Of a stretch of DNA of 64,000 bases, positions 30,471 to 43,400 are shown one piece after another. The stretch comes from Cyanobacteriota bacterium. GTDB lineage: Bacteria; Cyanobacteriota; Cyanobacteriia; PCC-6307; Cyanobiaceae. The notes beneath the pieces are model-generated. The model was not told the origin of the DNA and did not search any database. It saw only the letters and a list, made by a program, of their open reading frames with translations. Within the stretch, counting starts at the first letter, position 1. Every line of letters starts with the position of its first letter. Position numbers and translations under genes: made by a program. The DNA is taken from contig JBJOMY010000002.1 in the NCBI GenBank assembly GCA_046052125.1, positions 32,001 through 96,000 of the forward strand, given 5' to 3'.

Positions 30471-33236
30471 TCAAACCGCCAGAGCGATCGGACTGAAGCA
30501 CAGCCGCCCCTCCGCCTCCACCAGGCTCACCTGCACAGCAGATGCGCCGACAAAGCGCTCCTCTAGGAGTTCGGTGGCGAGCGGATTCTCGATGCTGCGC
30601 CGCAACAGGCGCCGCAGCGGGCGAGCGCCGTATTCGGGCTCGTAGCCCTGCTGGGCCAGCCAGGGCACCACAGGCTCATCCACCTGCAGCTCCAACCCCT
30701 GCTCCCGCAGCAATGCACCCAGTTCCGCCAGCTGCAGATGCACAATCCGCTGCAGCTCCTCAGGCCCAAGCGGCTTGAAGCGGATCACCTCATCAATGCG
30801 GTTGAGGAACTCCGGCCGGAACTGGCTGGCCAGGGCCTGCTCCACCTGCTGCTCCAGCGCAGCGGGGTCGGCGCCACTGCGAGCGTTGTCGAGGATGGCG
30901 CGGCTGGCGAGGTTGCTGGTCATCACCACCACCGTGTGGCGGAAATCCACGGTGCGGCCCTGGGAATCGGTGAGGCGCCCATCGTCGAGCACCTGCAGCA
31001 GCACGTTGAACACATCCGGGTGGGCCTTCTCCACTTCATCGAGCAGCAGCACCGCATAGGGGCGGCGGCGCACCGCCTCGGTGAGCTGACCGCCTTCCTC
31101 GTAGCCCACATAGCCCGGAGGAGCCCCGAGCAGGCGGGCCACGGCGTTGCGCTCCATGAATTCGCTCATGTCGAGCCGCACCAGCGCCTCCTCCTCATCG
31201 AAGAGCGCCGCCGCCAGGGCCTTGGCCAGCTCGGTTTTGCCCACGCCAGTGGGGCCGAGAAACAGGAACGAACCCACGGGCCGGCGCGGATCCTTCATGC
31301 CGGCCCGGGCGCGGCGGATCGCCGCGGCCACGGCCGCCACCGGCTCCCGCTGGCCAATCACCCGCTCGCCGAGCCGCTGCTCCAGCTCCAGCAATTTCTG
31401 GCGCTCGCCCGCCATCAGGCGCTGCACGGGAATCCCGGTCCAGCGGGCCACCACATCAGCGATGTCGCCCTCTTCCACCTGCTCGCGCAGCAACGACTGG
31501 CCCGCTCGCTGCTGCTCCTGCAGTTGCGCCTCCAGCTCGCTGCGGCGCTGTTGCACGCCATGGAGCTGGTCGTATTGCAAGCGGGCCGCCTCCTCCAGGT
31601 CGCCGTCGCGCTCGGCCTCGGCGATCTGCAGCCGCAGGCTCTCGTCGTCGGCCAGCAACTGCCGCAACTCCGCCAATTCCTCGCGCTCCCCCTGCCAGCG
31701 CTGCTGCAGCTCCTGGAGTTGGGCGCTGGCCTGGCGGCGCTGCTCCTGCAAGGCCACCCGCTCGGGCTCAGGTGCACTCTCCGCCGACAGCAACGCCAGT
31801 TCCACCCGCCGCAGCTCGCTTTCGGCCTCCTCCACGAGCCGCGGCTTGGAGGTGACCTCCATGCGCAGCTGGGCGGCGGCCTCATCGATCAGATCGATCG
31901 CCGAATCAGGCAAACAGCGATCGGCGATGTAGCGATCGGCCAGGCGCGCCGCGGCCACCACGGCTCCATCGGTGATTGCCACGCCGTGGTGCAGCTCGTA
32001 GCGCTCCTTCAGGCCCCGCAGGATCAGGGTGCTCTCCTCCAGGCCCGGCTCCTTGATCAACACCTGCTGGAAGCGGCGGTTGAGCGCCGGATCCTTTTCC
32101 ACCGTGCGGCTGAACTCCTCGGGGGTGGTGGCACCGATGCAGCGCAGATCCCCCCGGGCCAGGGCCGGCTTGAGGATGCTGCCCGCATCGCTGCTGGAGC
32201 GCTCCGGCCCCACCACCATGTGCAGCTCATCGATGAACAGGATCACGCCGGCCCCTTCGCCTTCGGCCTCGCGCACCTCCTTGAGCACGCTGCGCAGGCG
32301 CTCCTCGAACTGCCCGCGGAACTTGGCACCGGCGATCAGGGCACCGAGATCCAGGCTGATCAGCCGCTGCCCCTTGAGCGCATCGGGCACCTCACCGGCC
32401 ACGATCCGCTGGGCCAACAGCTCAGCGATCGCTGTTTTGCCCACGCCGGGTTCGCCGATCAGCACCGGATTGTTCTTGCCCCGGCGCGAGAGCACCTGCA
32501 TCAAGCGACGGATCTCGGTGTCGCGGCCGATCACCGGATCCAGTTCGCCGGCGCGGGCGGCGGCGGTGAGATCGCGGCCGAACTGATCGAGGGCGCTGGG
32601 TTCCTGCTCGAGCTTCAGCTCAGGAGGCGCAGGAGCGGGCGCCGGCTCCGGGGCGGGGCTGCGATCGATCCAGCTGTCGGCAGGTGGCGTGGGCCTGGGC
32701 GCCGCAGGAGCAACCGGTGACACAGAAGGAACGGATGGCGCTGGGGCAGCGGCGGGCTGCTGCACAGCGCGCGGCTCCACACGCTGTTGGCGCAGCAGAA
32801 GGTCTTCGCTCAGGCCCTGCTGTGCCAGCAAGGCACCACCCAGACGGGGTTCATCAAGCAGCGCCAGGAGCAGCTGGGGGAGATCGATCAGCCGCGCACC
32901 AGCCGCCGCCCGGCGGCGCTCCGCCGCATCGAGAAGCTCCTCGAGCGCTTCACCCACGTAGAGCTCACGCCCCGAGCTGGTGGGCTGATCGGCGCAGAAA
33001 TCATCGAGCTGATCGAGCAGGCGATCGGGATCGATCGGCAGGGGATCGATCCAGCTGCCGTAGCGCGGATCGCTGAACAGCACCTGCAACAGATGCTCCA
33101 CGTCCATCTCCCCGTGGCGCCAGCGACGCGCCTGCTCCTGGGTGGAGAGCAGCAGATCCCAGGCTGCATCGCTGAAGCGATCCGGCTCGGCGGTGAGGCT
33201 GCCGCGGCTGGCGGACGACGGTGATTCAGGCCGCAT
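30471..33236 (-). CDS. clpB: ClpB-family chaperone (second paralogue)
   Basis: [16 protein letters not shown], middle coiled coil, [14 protein letters not shown]. Confidence 0.93.
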   Translation of the reverse strand: MRPESPSSASRGSLTAEPDRFSDAAWDLLLSTQEQARRWRHGEMDVEHLLQVLFSDPRYGSWIDPLPIDPDRLLDQLDDFCADQPTSSGRELYVGEALEELLDAAERRRAAAGARLIDLPQLLLALLDEPRLGGALLAQQGLSEDLLLRQQRVEPRAVQQPAAAPAPSVPSVSPVAPAAPRPTPPADSWIDRSPAPEPAPAPAPPELKLEQEPSALDQFGRDLTAAARAGELDPVIGRDTEIRRLMQVLSRRGKNNPVLIGEPGVGKTAIAELLAQRIVAGEVPDALKGQRLISLDLGALIAGAKFRGQFEERLRSVLKEVREAEGEGAGVILFIDELHMVVGPERSSSDAGSILKPALARGDLRCIGATTPEEFSRTVEKDPALNRRFQQVLIKEPGLEESTLILRGLKERYELHHGVAITDGAVVAAARLADRYIADRCLPDSAIDLIDEAAAQLRMEVTSKPRLVEEAESELRRVELALLSAESAPEPERVALQEQRRQASAQLQELQQRWQGEREELAELRQLLADDESLRLQIAEAERDGDLEEAARLQYDQLHGVQQRRSELEAQLQEQQRAGQSLLREQVEEGDIADVVARWTGIPVQRLMAGERQKLLELEQRLGERVIGQREPVAAVAAAIRRARAGMKDPRRPVGSFLFLGPTGVGKTELAKALAAALFDEEEALVRLDMSEFMERNAVARLLGAPPGYVGYEEGGQLTEAVRRRPYAVLLLDEVEKAHPDVFNVLLQVLDDGRLTDSQGRTVDFRHTVVVMTSNLASRAILDNARSGADPAALEQQVEQALASQFRPEFLNRIDEVIRFKPLGPEELQRIVHLQLAELGALLREQGLELQVDEPVVPWLAQQGYEPEYGARPLRRLLRRSIENPLATELLEERFVGASAVQVSLVEAEGRLCFSPIALAV

Positions 33237-33627
33237 GGGCGCGGGAGCTCAGCTCGATCAGTTCCACCTTGTAGCCATCGGGATCTTCCACAAAGGCGAT
33301 CACGGTGCTGCCGTTCTTCATCGGGCCCGGCTCACGCACCACCCGGCCACCCTTGGCGCGGATCTGATCGCACACGCCCACGATGTCGTCCACGCCGATG
33401 GCGATGTGCCCGTAGCCGCTGCCGATCTCGTAATCAGAGGTGTCCCAGTTGTGGGTGAGTTCGAGCACGGTGGTGTCGCTCTCCTCGCCATACCCCACAA
33501 ACGCGAGGGTGAAACGGCCGCCGGGGTAATCCTTACGGCGCAGCAGGCGCATCCCGAGCACCTCTGTATAGAAGGTGATCGATCGCTCCAGGTCGCCGAC
33601 CCGCAGCATCGTGTGGAGCAAGCGCAT
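33226..33627 (-). CDS. gloA: Lactoylglutathione lyase (glyoxalase I)
   Basis: [35 protein letters not shown]. Confidence 0.96.
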   Translation of the reverse strand: MRLLHTMLRVGDLERSITFYTEVLGMRLLRRKDYPGGRFTLAFVGYGEESDTTVLELTHNWDTSDYEIGSGYGHIAIGVDDIVGVCDQIRAKGGRVVREPGPMKNGSTVIAFVEDPDGYKVELIELSSRAHAA

Positions 33628-33736
33628 GGCAGCAGCATCAGCCAGGCGCATTCTGGCGAGTGGTGCCAACGGTCACACAAGAGCAGACCAGGGCGACCCA
33701 TAGGATCGCCGTCAAGGACCACCGAGACACACCTAG

Positions 33737-35035
<1,299 letters not shown>

Positions 35036-35059
35036 TCACGGCGAGGCGGCTGAGCCGCC

Positions 35060-36727
35060 TCAGGATTGACCCAACTTGTCGATCCGGCCATCGCGGCGCA
35101 GCCGGGCCTGCAGCTTCAACCAGCTCAGGCTCACAGGCGCTGACAGCACAATTGGCACGGCCGTGAGCGCGGGCCGGGCGCTGGCGGCCAACAGCGCCGC
35201 CGACACCAACAACGCCGCCAGCAACATCGACTGACCCACGCTCTGCTGGCTCAGGGCAACGCGCCGCAGGAGGCGGTCGGTTTCGCCGGCGCGGATCTGC
35301 ACCTGCAGATCGCCCTGCTCAATGCGCGAGAGGCTTTCCTCCAAACGCTGCGGCAGGCCGAGGGCACGGCTGCCCACCTCCACGGCCTGGCGTCCCAGCT
35401 GATTGAACAGGTCGTTGGGGCCGTTGCCGGAAGCGCTCATCAGGGGCAGGAGATAGGGGCGGGCGATGGCCACGAGGCTAAAGCTGGGATCGAGGCTGCG
35501 GCCCACACCCTCGAAGGTGGAGAGGGCCCGCATCACGAAGATCAGCTCGGGTGGCAGGCGGAACGGCTGGCCATAGACCAGCTCATAGAGATCACCCGAA
35601 AGCTTCTCGAGCACGTTGGCGGAGAAGGGTGGCGTGAGCGCTTCGGTGAGCATCACTCGCACGAGCCGGCGCACAGGACCAGGGTCGATGTCGGCAGCGA
35701 TCACCCCGGCAGCCTGAAGCTCGTTCACCAGGCCCGCTGCATCCCTTGCCGCGGCCGAGGTCACCATCCGTCCCAGACGGCTGCGCAGGCGCTGCGACAG
35801 GCTGCCCACCATGCCGAAGTCGTAGTAGATCAGCGCCCCATCGCGGGCCACGGCCAGGTTGCCGGGGTGGGGATCAGCGTGGAAAAAGCCAAAGCGCACC
35901 AGCTGCTGGAGGTAGCTGGCGGCTCCTTTCTCGGCCACCGCGGCCGGGTCGATGCCGGCCTCGATCAGGGCCTCGCGGTCGTTGATCTTGATGCCCGGCA
36001 CGTAATCGAGGCAGAGCACGCGGCGGGTGGTGAGCTCCCACACCACCGCCGGAATGCGGATCCCGGGATCGTCGAGAAACTGCTGGCGGAAGCGGGCGGC
36101 GTGTTCGGCCTCCAAACGGAAATCGAGCTCCCGCAGCAACACGCGCCGGCATTCCTGGGCGATCGACACCCAATCGCGCCCCACGCCCCAGCTGGGGTGG
36201 CGCTGCAGCAGCGCCGCCACCTGCTGCATCACCTCGAGATCGAGGCGGAACAGTCGCTCCAGGCCGGGGCGCTGGATCTTGAACACCACCTGCCGGCCGC
36301 TGCGCAGGCTGGCGCGATGCACCTGAGCCAGGCTGGCGGCCCCGAGGGGTTCGGGATCGATGTCAATGATTTCGGCGCAGCGCTCCCCGAGCTCCTGCTC
36401 CAACAACGCCTGAGCCGTTTCAAAGGAGAAGGCGGGAACGCTGTCCTGCAGGCGGGCGAGCTCCTCCACCCAGCTAGCCGGCAACACATCCGGCCGAGCC
36501 GACAACAGCTGACCAAGCTTGATGAACGCCGATCCGAGCTCCAGCAGTTCAGCGGTGAGCCAACGGGCACGGCGCCGCTGGCGAGCAGCCCGCCGCTCAG
36601 CCGTGGCACCGCCGGGATAGCTCCAGCCTTTGCCGTCGAGCCAAAGCCACAGCAAAAGCTGCAGCACCGCACTCCAGATGCGAAGCACCCGGCCGGCGCT
36701 GCGCAAGCCCTGCACAACAGGGGGCAT
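35060..36727 (-). CDS. AarF/ABC1/UbiB-family kinase
   Basis: FIKLGQLLSARPD, AASLAQVH, FFHADPHPGN, YDFGM. Confidence 0.93.
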   Translation of the reverse strand: MPPVVQGLRSAGRVLRIWSAVLQLLLWLWLDGKGWSYPGGATAERRAARQRRRARWLTAELLELGSAFIKLGQLLSARPDVLPASWVEELARLQDSVPAFSFETAQALLEQELGERCAEIIDIDPEPLGAASLAQVHRASLRSGRQVVFKIQRPGLERLFRLDLEVMQQVAALLQRHPSWGVGRDWVSIAQECRRVLLRELDFRLEAEHAARFRQQFLDDPGIRIPAVVWELTTRRVLCLDYVPGIKINDREALIEAGIDPAAVAEKGAASYLQQLVRFGFFHADPHPGNLAVARDGALIYYDFGMVGSLSQRLRSRLGRMVTSAAARDAAGLVNELQAAGVIAADIDPGPVRRLVRVMLTEALTPPFSANVLEKLSGDLYELVYGQPFRLPPELIFVMRALSTFEGVGRSLDPSFSLVAIARPYLLPLMSASGNGPNDLFNQLGRQAVEVGSRALGLPQRLEESLSRIEQGDLQVQIRAGETDRLLRRVALSQQSVGQSMLLAALLVSAALLAASARPALTAVPIVLSAPVSLSWLKLQARLRRDGRIDKLGQS

Positions 36728-37050
36728 CAGGCCTGATCCTCAAGACGGCGCGCCAGGCGTGCCACCTGGGCCCGCAACTGGTCGATCTGCTCCTGGGGAT
36801 CCGAGGGAGTTGGGGACTCAGCCCCAGGGCTCGAGTGGGCAGCGCTGGTTGGGCCCGCAGCCTCGCCGTGTTCAAGCCGCTGGGCCTCCAGTTCCACCTC
36901 CTCGCGGAAGAGGTCCCACTCCTGGCGAAGCCGCTCCGGTGCGTCCTGTGCGAGCACGGCGAAGCCGGCCGCTGCATCGGCCAGGCCGCTGCCCAAGCGC
37001 GCCGTCAGCCGGTTGAGTGCTGCCTGCACCAGGGTCTGGGGTGTGCTCAT
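36727..37050 (-). CDS. Conserved hypothetical protein coupled to the aarF-like gene
   Basis: Coiled-coil ORF whose stop abuts the aarF-like start. Confidence 0.75.
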   Translation of the reverse strand: MSTPQTLVQAALNRLTARLGSGLADAAAGFAVLAQDAPERLRQEWDLFREEVELEAQRLEHGEAAGPTSAAHSSPGAESPTPSDPQEQIDQLRAQVARLARRLEDQA

Positions 37051-37100
37051 GGCGGCCGACCGGGCCGAGGCCAGGCTTGATCTGCTGAAACTGTGGCAGA

Positions 37101-37534
37101 TCAGAGCGGAGGAGCGGGAGCGCTGGGCGGTGGGGCCACCGGCGGCAGCGGTGCAGGGTCGCTTGCGGCGGGCAACTGCGGCTTAGCCGGCGGATCGAGC
37201 TGGGGATCGATCGCATCCGAGCGATTGAGGGCGGCCTCTGCTTGCTTGGCCGCCTCGGCCCGCTGTTTGGCTTCCTGCTGCTGTTGGCGCTCGAGTTCCT
37301 GCAGCTCCAGATCACCGCGGATTTCCGCTTCGGCATCGCCAAAGCGCAGCCGCAAGCTCTCCAGGCTTGTGCCAGGGAACACCTGCACGTCAAACCCCGG
37401 ACCGAACCGGATCAGCTCGGTGACGTTGAGGCTGAGCAGGCGCTGGGTGACGCCGTAAGCCACCCCAAAACAGAGGCCCGCCACCAGGGGACCCTTCCAG
37501 ATCTCGCGCAGAGCCGGTTGCGACACCCGTGCCA
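37101..37534 (-). CDS. Hypothetical membrane protein
   Basis: WKGPLVAGLCFGVAYGVTQRL, FPGTSLESLRLRFG, Pro-rich tail; start uncertain. Confidence 0.7.
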
Positions 37535-37704
37535 TCCAGCGCCTACCAGGGAATCGAACTCTAAGCAGGGCGAACACAGCGCCCAGCAACCGGCAAACCA
37601 TGCAGCTTCTGCATAAACGCGCAGATCCCTTGACCTAACCGTGAACAACACAGACCACAGCCAACCGGAGCACCTACGGTCCAAGGGAGCTGCCGGAGCG
37701 GGTT

Positions 37705-38598
37705 GTGATCTCGGTGGATGGCCTGGCCGCCCTCGATCACCTCATCTGGTTGCGCACCGGTCAGCGCGCGGCAGAGGCGCTCGCTTGCACGCAGCCCACC
37801 GTGAGCCGCAACAGCCGCAAGTGCCTGGATGTGTTCGAACTGGAGCTGGAACGCAGCCGCGGCGAATGGCGACTTCTGGGTGACACCCAGCTGATCAAGC
37901 TTGAGCGCCTTGTGCATCAAAAGCAGCGCTGGGCCCGCAATCTCACACTGCGGCTTGAAGCGCAGCACTGGTCGGCGCCTGGGCTGGATGGACTTGAGCT
38001 GGCGAACTGGCAGCGCGGCAACTTCAACCAACTCGAGTACGAACAGCCGCTCGCGTTGCTCGAAGACGGAGTGATCGATGCCTGGATCTGCTCCGCTCCC
38101 GATGCTCCAGTGCGGCCAGGCCTCACGGGCCTACGCCTCACCACCATGCCGATGCACCTGATGGTGCCCCGCGGCCATCCCCTGGCCGAACGACGCAGCC
38201 CCATCGCCTGGGAGGAGTTGCTGCCTTATCCGGTGCTACCGCTGCCAAGCGGCAGCTTCCCGATCTTTGAAGCGGTGCTGCAGCGCTGCAGCTTGCTGCC
38301 GTGCCCTGAGCGCACTCAAGCCATCAAGGCCTCCGGCTGGTACGGGCAGAGACCCACCGAAGCGATGCTGATCGCCTACTCCTCACCGCTCACGCTGCAG
38401 CTCTATGGCGACGCCTGGGTGCGACTGCCCCAGAAGCTGCCGGTGGAGGTGGGCGATGTGTTGATGGTGCGCGAGGAGTTCAGCGATCACCCACGCACGC
38501 AACAACTGCTGCGCAAGCTTCTCGATCATCTGGCCGAGCTGGCTGCGCCCCACAGCGATGTGATGGTGCATCATGCACCGGCGGCTTACGTCGTGTAA
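37705..38598 (+). CDS. LysR-type transcriptional regulator (divergent)
   Basis: N-terminal HTH (AAEALACTQPTVSR) and substrate-binding motif LMVPRGHPLA. Confidence 0.8.
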   Translation: MISVDGLAALDHLIWLRTGQRAAEALACTQPTVSRNSRKCLDVFELELERSRGEWRLLGDTQLIKLERLVHQKQRWARNLTLRLEAQHWSAPGLDGLELANWQRGNFNQLEYEQPLALLEDGVIDAWICSAPDAPVRPGLTGLRLTTMPMHLMVPRGHPLAERRSPIAWEELLPYPVLPLPSGSFPIFEAVLQRCSLLPCPERTQAIKASGWYGQRPTEAMLIAYSSPLTLQLYGDAWVRLPQKLPVEVGDVLMVREEFSDHPRTQQLLRKLLDHLAELAAPHSDVMVHHAPAAYVV

Positions 38599-38605
38599 TC
38601 GGCGT
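38585..38605. repeat. att-like direct repeat, left copy
   Basis: CTTACGTCGTGTAATCGGCGT, identical to 50076-50096. Confidence 0.9.
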
Positions 38606-38754
38606 CTTGCTCGCCCATCCCTCTGCGCCTGCCGCTGCAGAGCTTTGATGGCTTTACGGATCTCAGCGGCATAGTACCAACCGCTTCTGGACCACTGCTT
38701 GAGGATCCACCCACCTCACTGGAGGCAATTGGTCCTCTGATGTCAGGTCAGTGC

Positions 38755-39054
38755 TCAGTAGTTGTCCCCGTACTTGAGTCCAGAGGCGGCATCCATCAGT
38801 TCCACCGTGGTCTGATGCCCCTGCGCCACAGTCACCTCGTGCTGGATGCCGATGTCCCGCAGTGCCTTGATGTCGAACTCAGGCGCGGTGATCCAACTGA
38901 AACCCTTACCAAAGGTGTTGTCGGGATTCACCACATACCAATGGCAGGCAGTGTCGGGGACGGCGACAGAGCATTTGGTCCAGTCGTTATCCCACTGAGG
39001 CACCTGAACGAAGGAGAGGGCGGCGAATAGGAAACCAAACAGACTGGAGAACAT
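38755..39054 (-). CDS. Small secreted hypothetical protein
   Basis: Hydrophobic N-terminus, QVPQWDNDWTKC...CHWYV. Confidence 0.7.
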   Translation of the reverse strand: MFSSLFGFLFAALSFVQVPQWDNDWTKCSVAVPDTACHWYVVNPDNTFGKGFSWITAPEFDIKALRDIGIQHEVTVAQGHQTTVELMDAASGLKYGDNY

Positions 39055-39255
39055 GCCGCTTTTACATTTCTCAATATCCTAGGCGGTATCTGGGTTTTCC
39101 TTCGCCAATGGGTTGAACGGGCGTGTATCGGGCATCCCGATTTGCTTCCTCAGGATGGTTCTTTTGAGGGCGTCCCTGGAAGCATTGCCTGAGCGGTAAC
39201 TGCAGTGTCTGGCACTGGATTCTGGCTTGAGGACACTCGATGTACTGTGCGCTTG

Positions 39256-39497
39256 ATGGCAAAGCAAGTCCGTCTGACCCTCGCCAAGGCAAATCTGCGC
39301 CGTGCTGAGGCAGGGGAGAAATCCATCACCATGAACTCGTTGGCGACTCAGGCAGGGGTGGCGGCAACAACCATCACTCGCTTGGCAAGAACCGACGACA
39401 AGGCGGCATCAGCACTGTCACTAGACCTGGCATCCAAGATTGGACGGTGCTGGATTGTGAGATTGAAGATCTTCTGGAAGTAGTGGTAGCGGATTAG
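39256..39497 (+). pseudogene. Cro/C1-type HTH regulator with an apparent frameshift near 39440
   Basis: SLATQAGVAATTITRLAR...LSLDLASKI, then the family-like tail (TVLDCEIEDLLEVVVAD*) continues in another frame. Confidence 0.65.
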
Positions 39498-40414
39498 TTC
39501 TCCAACTCCAGGAAGAAATCCTCATCCATTCTCCGGATCACGAATGTCTGCTTTGTTGAAACGCCGATGCCGTGTTTGAGCATCAGTTCAGACATTCTCT
39601 TACCATCAACAAGAATGATTCTGCGGTCAGTCAGTGTCTTGACGTATTCCTGGGCGGGTTGAGCAAATGTCGAGGTGGTCATAATCACACCTTTGGAAGC
39701 ACCAACCCCTGCAAGCGCACCCACAAAACCTTGAATAACGGGTCTCCCAACTGACCCCTCCCATCGCTTTGCCTGGATATAAATGCGATCAAGACCAAGG
39801 TGATCTTGGTTTACGACGCCATCGACGCCACCATCTGCACCACGGGCAACGCCTTGAACGTCTTCCATTGACCCGCCATATCCCATACCAACAAGCAGGC
39901 GCAACACCAACTGCTCAAATCCCTCAGGGGGCAACTGCTTGACTCGATCCAAGACCTCATCTTGAAGTTCACGTTGGATTCGCCTCACGCCCTTCTCAAT
40001 CTGTTCTTCTGGTGTCAGATCATCATCAATATCGCCTGATTCAATCAGATCTTGCTTGCCATTTCTGGTAGTCGAGATGAAGTCATTGAACTGCTCGTAA
40101 GACCGAAGGAACTCAGCGTCGATTGCGGCAGGCGGATTTGAGAGTAGATCTTTGCCGCTTTGACTGATGACATAAGTTGCTCGACGTGGGCGTTCGATCA
40201 ATCCTGCCTTAAACAGATAGGTTCGTGCCCACCCCATTCGATTATCAAAGGCAGTTTGTGTTCCACTGGGCAGGCGTTGACTCAACGCTTCAGCGCTCAG
40301 ACCAAGGTGATCTGCGACGGCATCCCGCATCTGATTGGTTGTGAGTTCGCTGCCACCACCCATCACCTTGAGGAGAGGAAGCATCAGAGTGTGATATTGA
40401 GGAATGCTGTTCAT
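39494..40414 (-). CDS. mrr: Mrr-type (type IV) restriction endonuclease
   Basis: Mrr N-domain (IPQYHTLMLPLL, FDNRMGWARTYLFKAGLI) and catalytic DGGVDG...YIQAKRW; ATGA overlap with the hsdR stop. Confidence 0.93.
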   Translation of the reverse strand: MNSIPQYHTLMLPLLKVMGGGSELTTNQMRDAVADHLGLSAEALSQRLPSGTQTAFDNRMGWARTYLFKAGLIERPRRATYVISQSGKDLLSNPPAAIDAEFLRSYEQFNDFISTTRNGKQDLIESGDIDDDLTPEEQIEKGVRRIQRELQDEVLDRVKQLPPEGFEQLVLRLLVGMGYGGSMEDVQGVARGADGGVDGVVNQDHLGLDRIYIQAKRWEGSVGRPVIQGFVGALAGVGASKGVIMTTSTFAQPAQEYVKTLTDRRIILVDGKRMSELMLKHGIGVSTKQTFVIRRMDEDFFLELEN

Positions 40415-43400
40415 TCGCCGACGCCTCCCAACTGACCGCCCATATTGCTTGTAAGTGCATGAGCGACAACCGCCTGAATCTTCTTGCCAAGATCCTCTCT
40501 CGACCACTCCTCAGAAATCATCTCGGTCTGCTGGAGCACCAACTCAATCGCTGCTGCTTCCTGATCAGGCGGATACTTGTAGCGTTTGAGCAGTGCCTTG
40601 ATCATCGTTCGCAGTCGTGCCCGAACGTTTTCCTTGTATTGCCAGTCGATGCTGAGGTTGCCTCTGAGTTTTTCTGCCAGTTCCCTTGCCATCTTCATCA
40701 GCACCTCATCACCCATCAGATCGTGTGCTGACTGGTTGTTCGCCAGGGCGTCGTAGAAGGCGACTTCGGCAACCGACAATCCCATTGCTTCGACTTTCTC
40801 CGCCTCATCACGGAACTGCTTTGCCATGGCAATCAGTTCCTCGATCACTTGTGCCGCCTCGATGGAGCGGTTGGCGTATTTGTTGAGAGACGCCTGGAGC
40901 AGTTCGCTGAACCGCTTCTGCTTGACCACGTTGGTCTTGAAGCGTGTCTGAACTTCCTCTGCCAGCAACCTCTGGAGCAGTTCAACCGCCAAGTTCTTCT
41001 GAGGGATCTTGCTGACTTCTGCCAGGAACTGATCCGACAGGATGCTGATGTCTGGTTTTTCAAGACCTGCCACCTTGAAGACATCAGTGATTCCATCTGC
41101 CACCAATGACTCAGAGAGCAGTTGGCGCAACTGAAAATCAACATTTTTAGGAGCAGATCCGTCGCCCCCTGCGTCATCGCCTTTGACTAGTGGTGCTCGG
41201 ATCGCCTGAAGGAAGGTCACCTCATCATTCAGTGCCATCGCTTCATCAGTCGTGCCGCACAAAGCAAATGCCTTAGTCATCGCCAGCACGGTGTCGCAAT
41301 ATCGCTTCTTCCCATCGGGCATCGCCAGGATGTGATCCAGGCAGTTGGGCAGCAGTGCCATTGCTGTCTTGGGATCCCTGAATCCACTCCAGTCGATGGG
41401 ATGCAGGAGGTCATGGGCAACCCGGAGTTTCTCCTTGAGGATCCTCAGCGCCTCACTGTTATCGATGGTGGGAGCACCCTTGCCCTTGGCAGCAGTGTAG
41501 GTCGCCAGTGCTTCTTTGAGTTGGGGGGCGATGCCGATGTAATCGACCACCAGACCGCCTGGTTTGTCTTTGAACACCCTGTTCACTCGGGCAATCGCCT
41601 GCGCCAGGTTTGCCCCCTTCATCGGTTTATCCACATACATCGTCGCCATACAGGGAGCGTCAAACCCCGTCAACCACATATCCCGCACCAGCACGATCTT
41701 GAGAGGATCAGCGGGATCCTTGAACCGTTTCTCCAGATCCTTCTTCTGCTGCTTGCTGGTGTGGTGAGGTTGGAGGTGGGATTCGTCTGATGCCGATGCC
41801 GTCATCACCACCTTGATGGCACCCTTCAAATGGTCGTCGTCGTGCCAGTTAGGGCGTAGGGCAACGATGGCGTCATAGAGGCGAGCACAGATATCCCTGC
41901 TCATCGCCACCACCATCGCTTTGCCTGGTTGGGTGCGTGAGCGTTGCTCGTAATGGGCAACCAGATCCGCTGCCACTTGCTTCAGGCGTGGTTCAGCACC
42001 CACGAGTGCTTCCAGTGCTGCCCACCTGCTCTTTGCCCGCTCAGCAGCAGGGATGTCGTCTTCATCAGCGAACAGGTCATCGACCTGTTCATCCACCTGC
42101 GGCAGCAGCGGTTCTTTGAGCGCCAGTTTTGCCAGGCGTGACTCGTAGTAGATCGGCACCGTGGCACCGTCTTCCACTGCCTGCTGGATGTCGTAGACGG
42201 AGACGTAGTGCCCGAAGACCGCCTGGGTGTCACGGTCGTCTTGGGAGATGGGCGTTCCCGTGAAGGCAAGGAAGGTCGCCTGGGGTAGAGCATCCCGCAA
42301 CGCCTTTGCTAACCCGTATTTGATCTCCCCTGTCTTGGTGTCGAAGCGACCCTTGAACCCGTATTGGGTGCGGTGTGCCTCGTCGCAGATCACCACGATG
42401 TTGTGGCGTTCGGTCAGGGCAGGGAACTTGTCTTCATCAGGTTCGGTAGCGAACTTCTGAATGGTGGTGAAGATGATGCCGCCACTGGGTCGGTTGGCGA
42501 GCAGATCCCTGAGTTCCTGGCGACTCTCTGCCTGCTTGGGGGATTCGCCCAGCAGGTCACCCGCCCCAGCAAAGACCCCGAACAGTTGCCCATCCAGGTC
42601 TTGACGGTCGGTGACCATCACCAGGGTGGGGTTCTCCAGGCGTGGATCGGTAAGCAACTTGCCCGCCAGACACGCCATCTCGATGCTCTTGCCAGCGCCC
42701 TGGGTGTGCCAGACCACCCCACCCTTCTTGTCACCATCAGGTCTGCTTGCTTCCACCACCCGCTCCACTGCTGCCCTGACGGCGTGGAACTGGTGGTAAG
42801 CAGCGATCTTCTTGATGATCTGCCCGTCTTCCTCAAACAGGCAGAAGGAGCGCACGAACTCCAGCAGTCGCCCCTGATCGAAGATGCCCCGCACCAGGGT
42901 CTCCAGATCACGGTGAGCACCCAGCGGATCGAGGTGGTTCTCGCCGTCGATGGTGCGCCAACGTTGGAACCGCTCCCGATCAGCACTCAGCGACCCCAAC
43001 CGTGCCTGGATACCATCGCTGATCACCAGCAGCACATTGGGCGTGAACAGGTCGGGGATGTCTTGCTTATAGGTCTGGAGTTGGTTGAACGCTGCCCAGA
43101 TGTCTGCCTTCTCATCGGCAGGGTTCTTCAGTTCGATCACCGCCAGCGGCAGACCGTTCACGTAGATCACGACATCAGGGCGGCGGTTGTGTTTGGTGCC
43201 CTGGATCGCCAACTGGTTCACCACCAACCAATCGTTGGAAGCAGGGTCATCGAATCCGATCACCTTGAGACGGATGCCCACCTGCTGGTTCCCATCCATA
43301 TAGGTGATGGGTAAACCCTGGGTCATCCAACGGTGGAAGTTGCGGTTGGATGCCAGCAGACCAGGCACGTTGGGGTTCGCCAGTTGGAGCACCGCTGATT

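Noticed and set aside
32630..32780. Pro/Ala-rich repetitive stretch in clpB
   Set aside because: Low-complexity interdomain linker, not a DNA repeat element.
39233..39246. Possible second LexA box before the HTH gene
   Set aside because: Only the TGTACT half matches.
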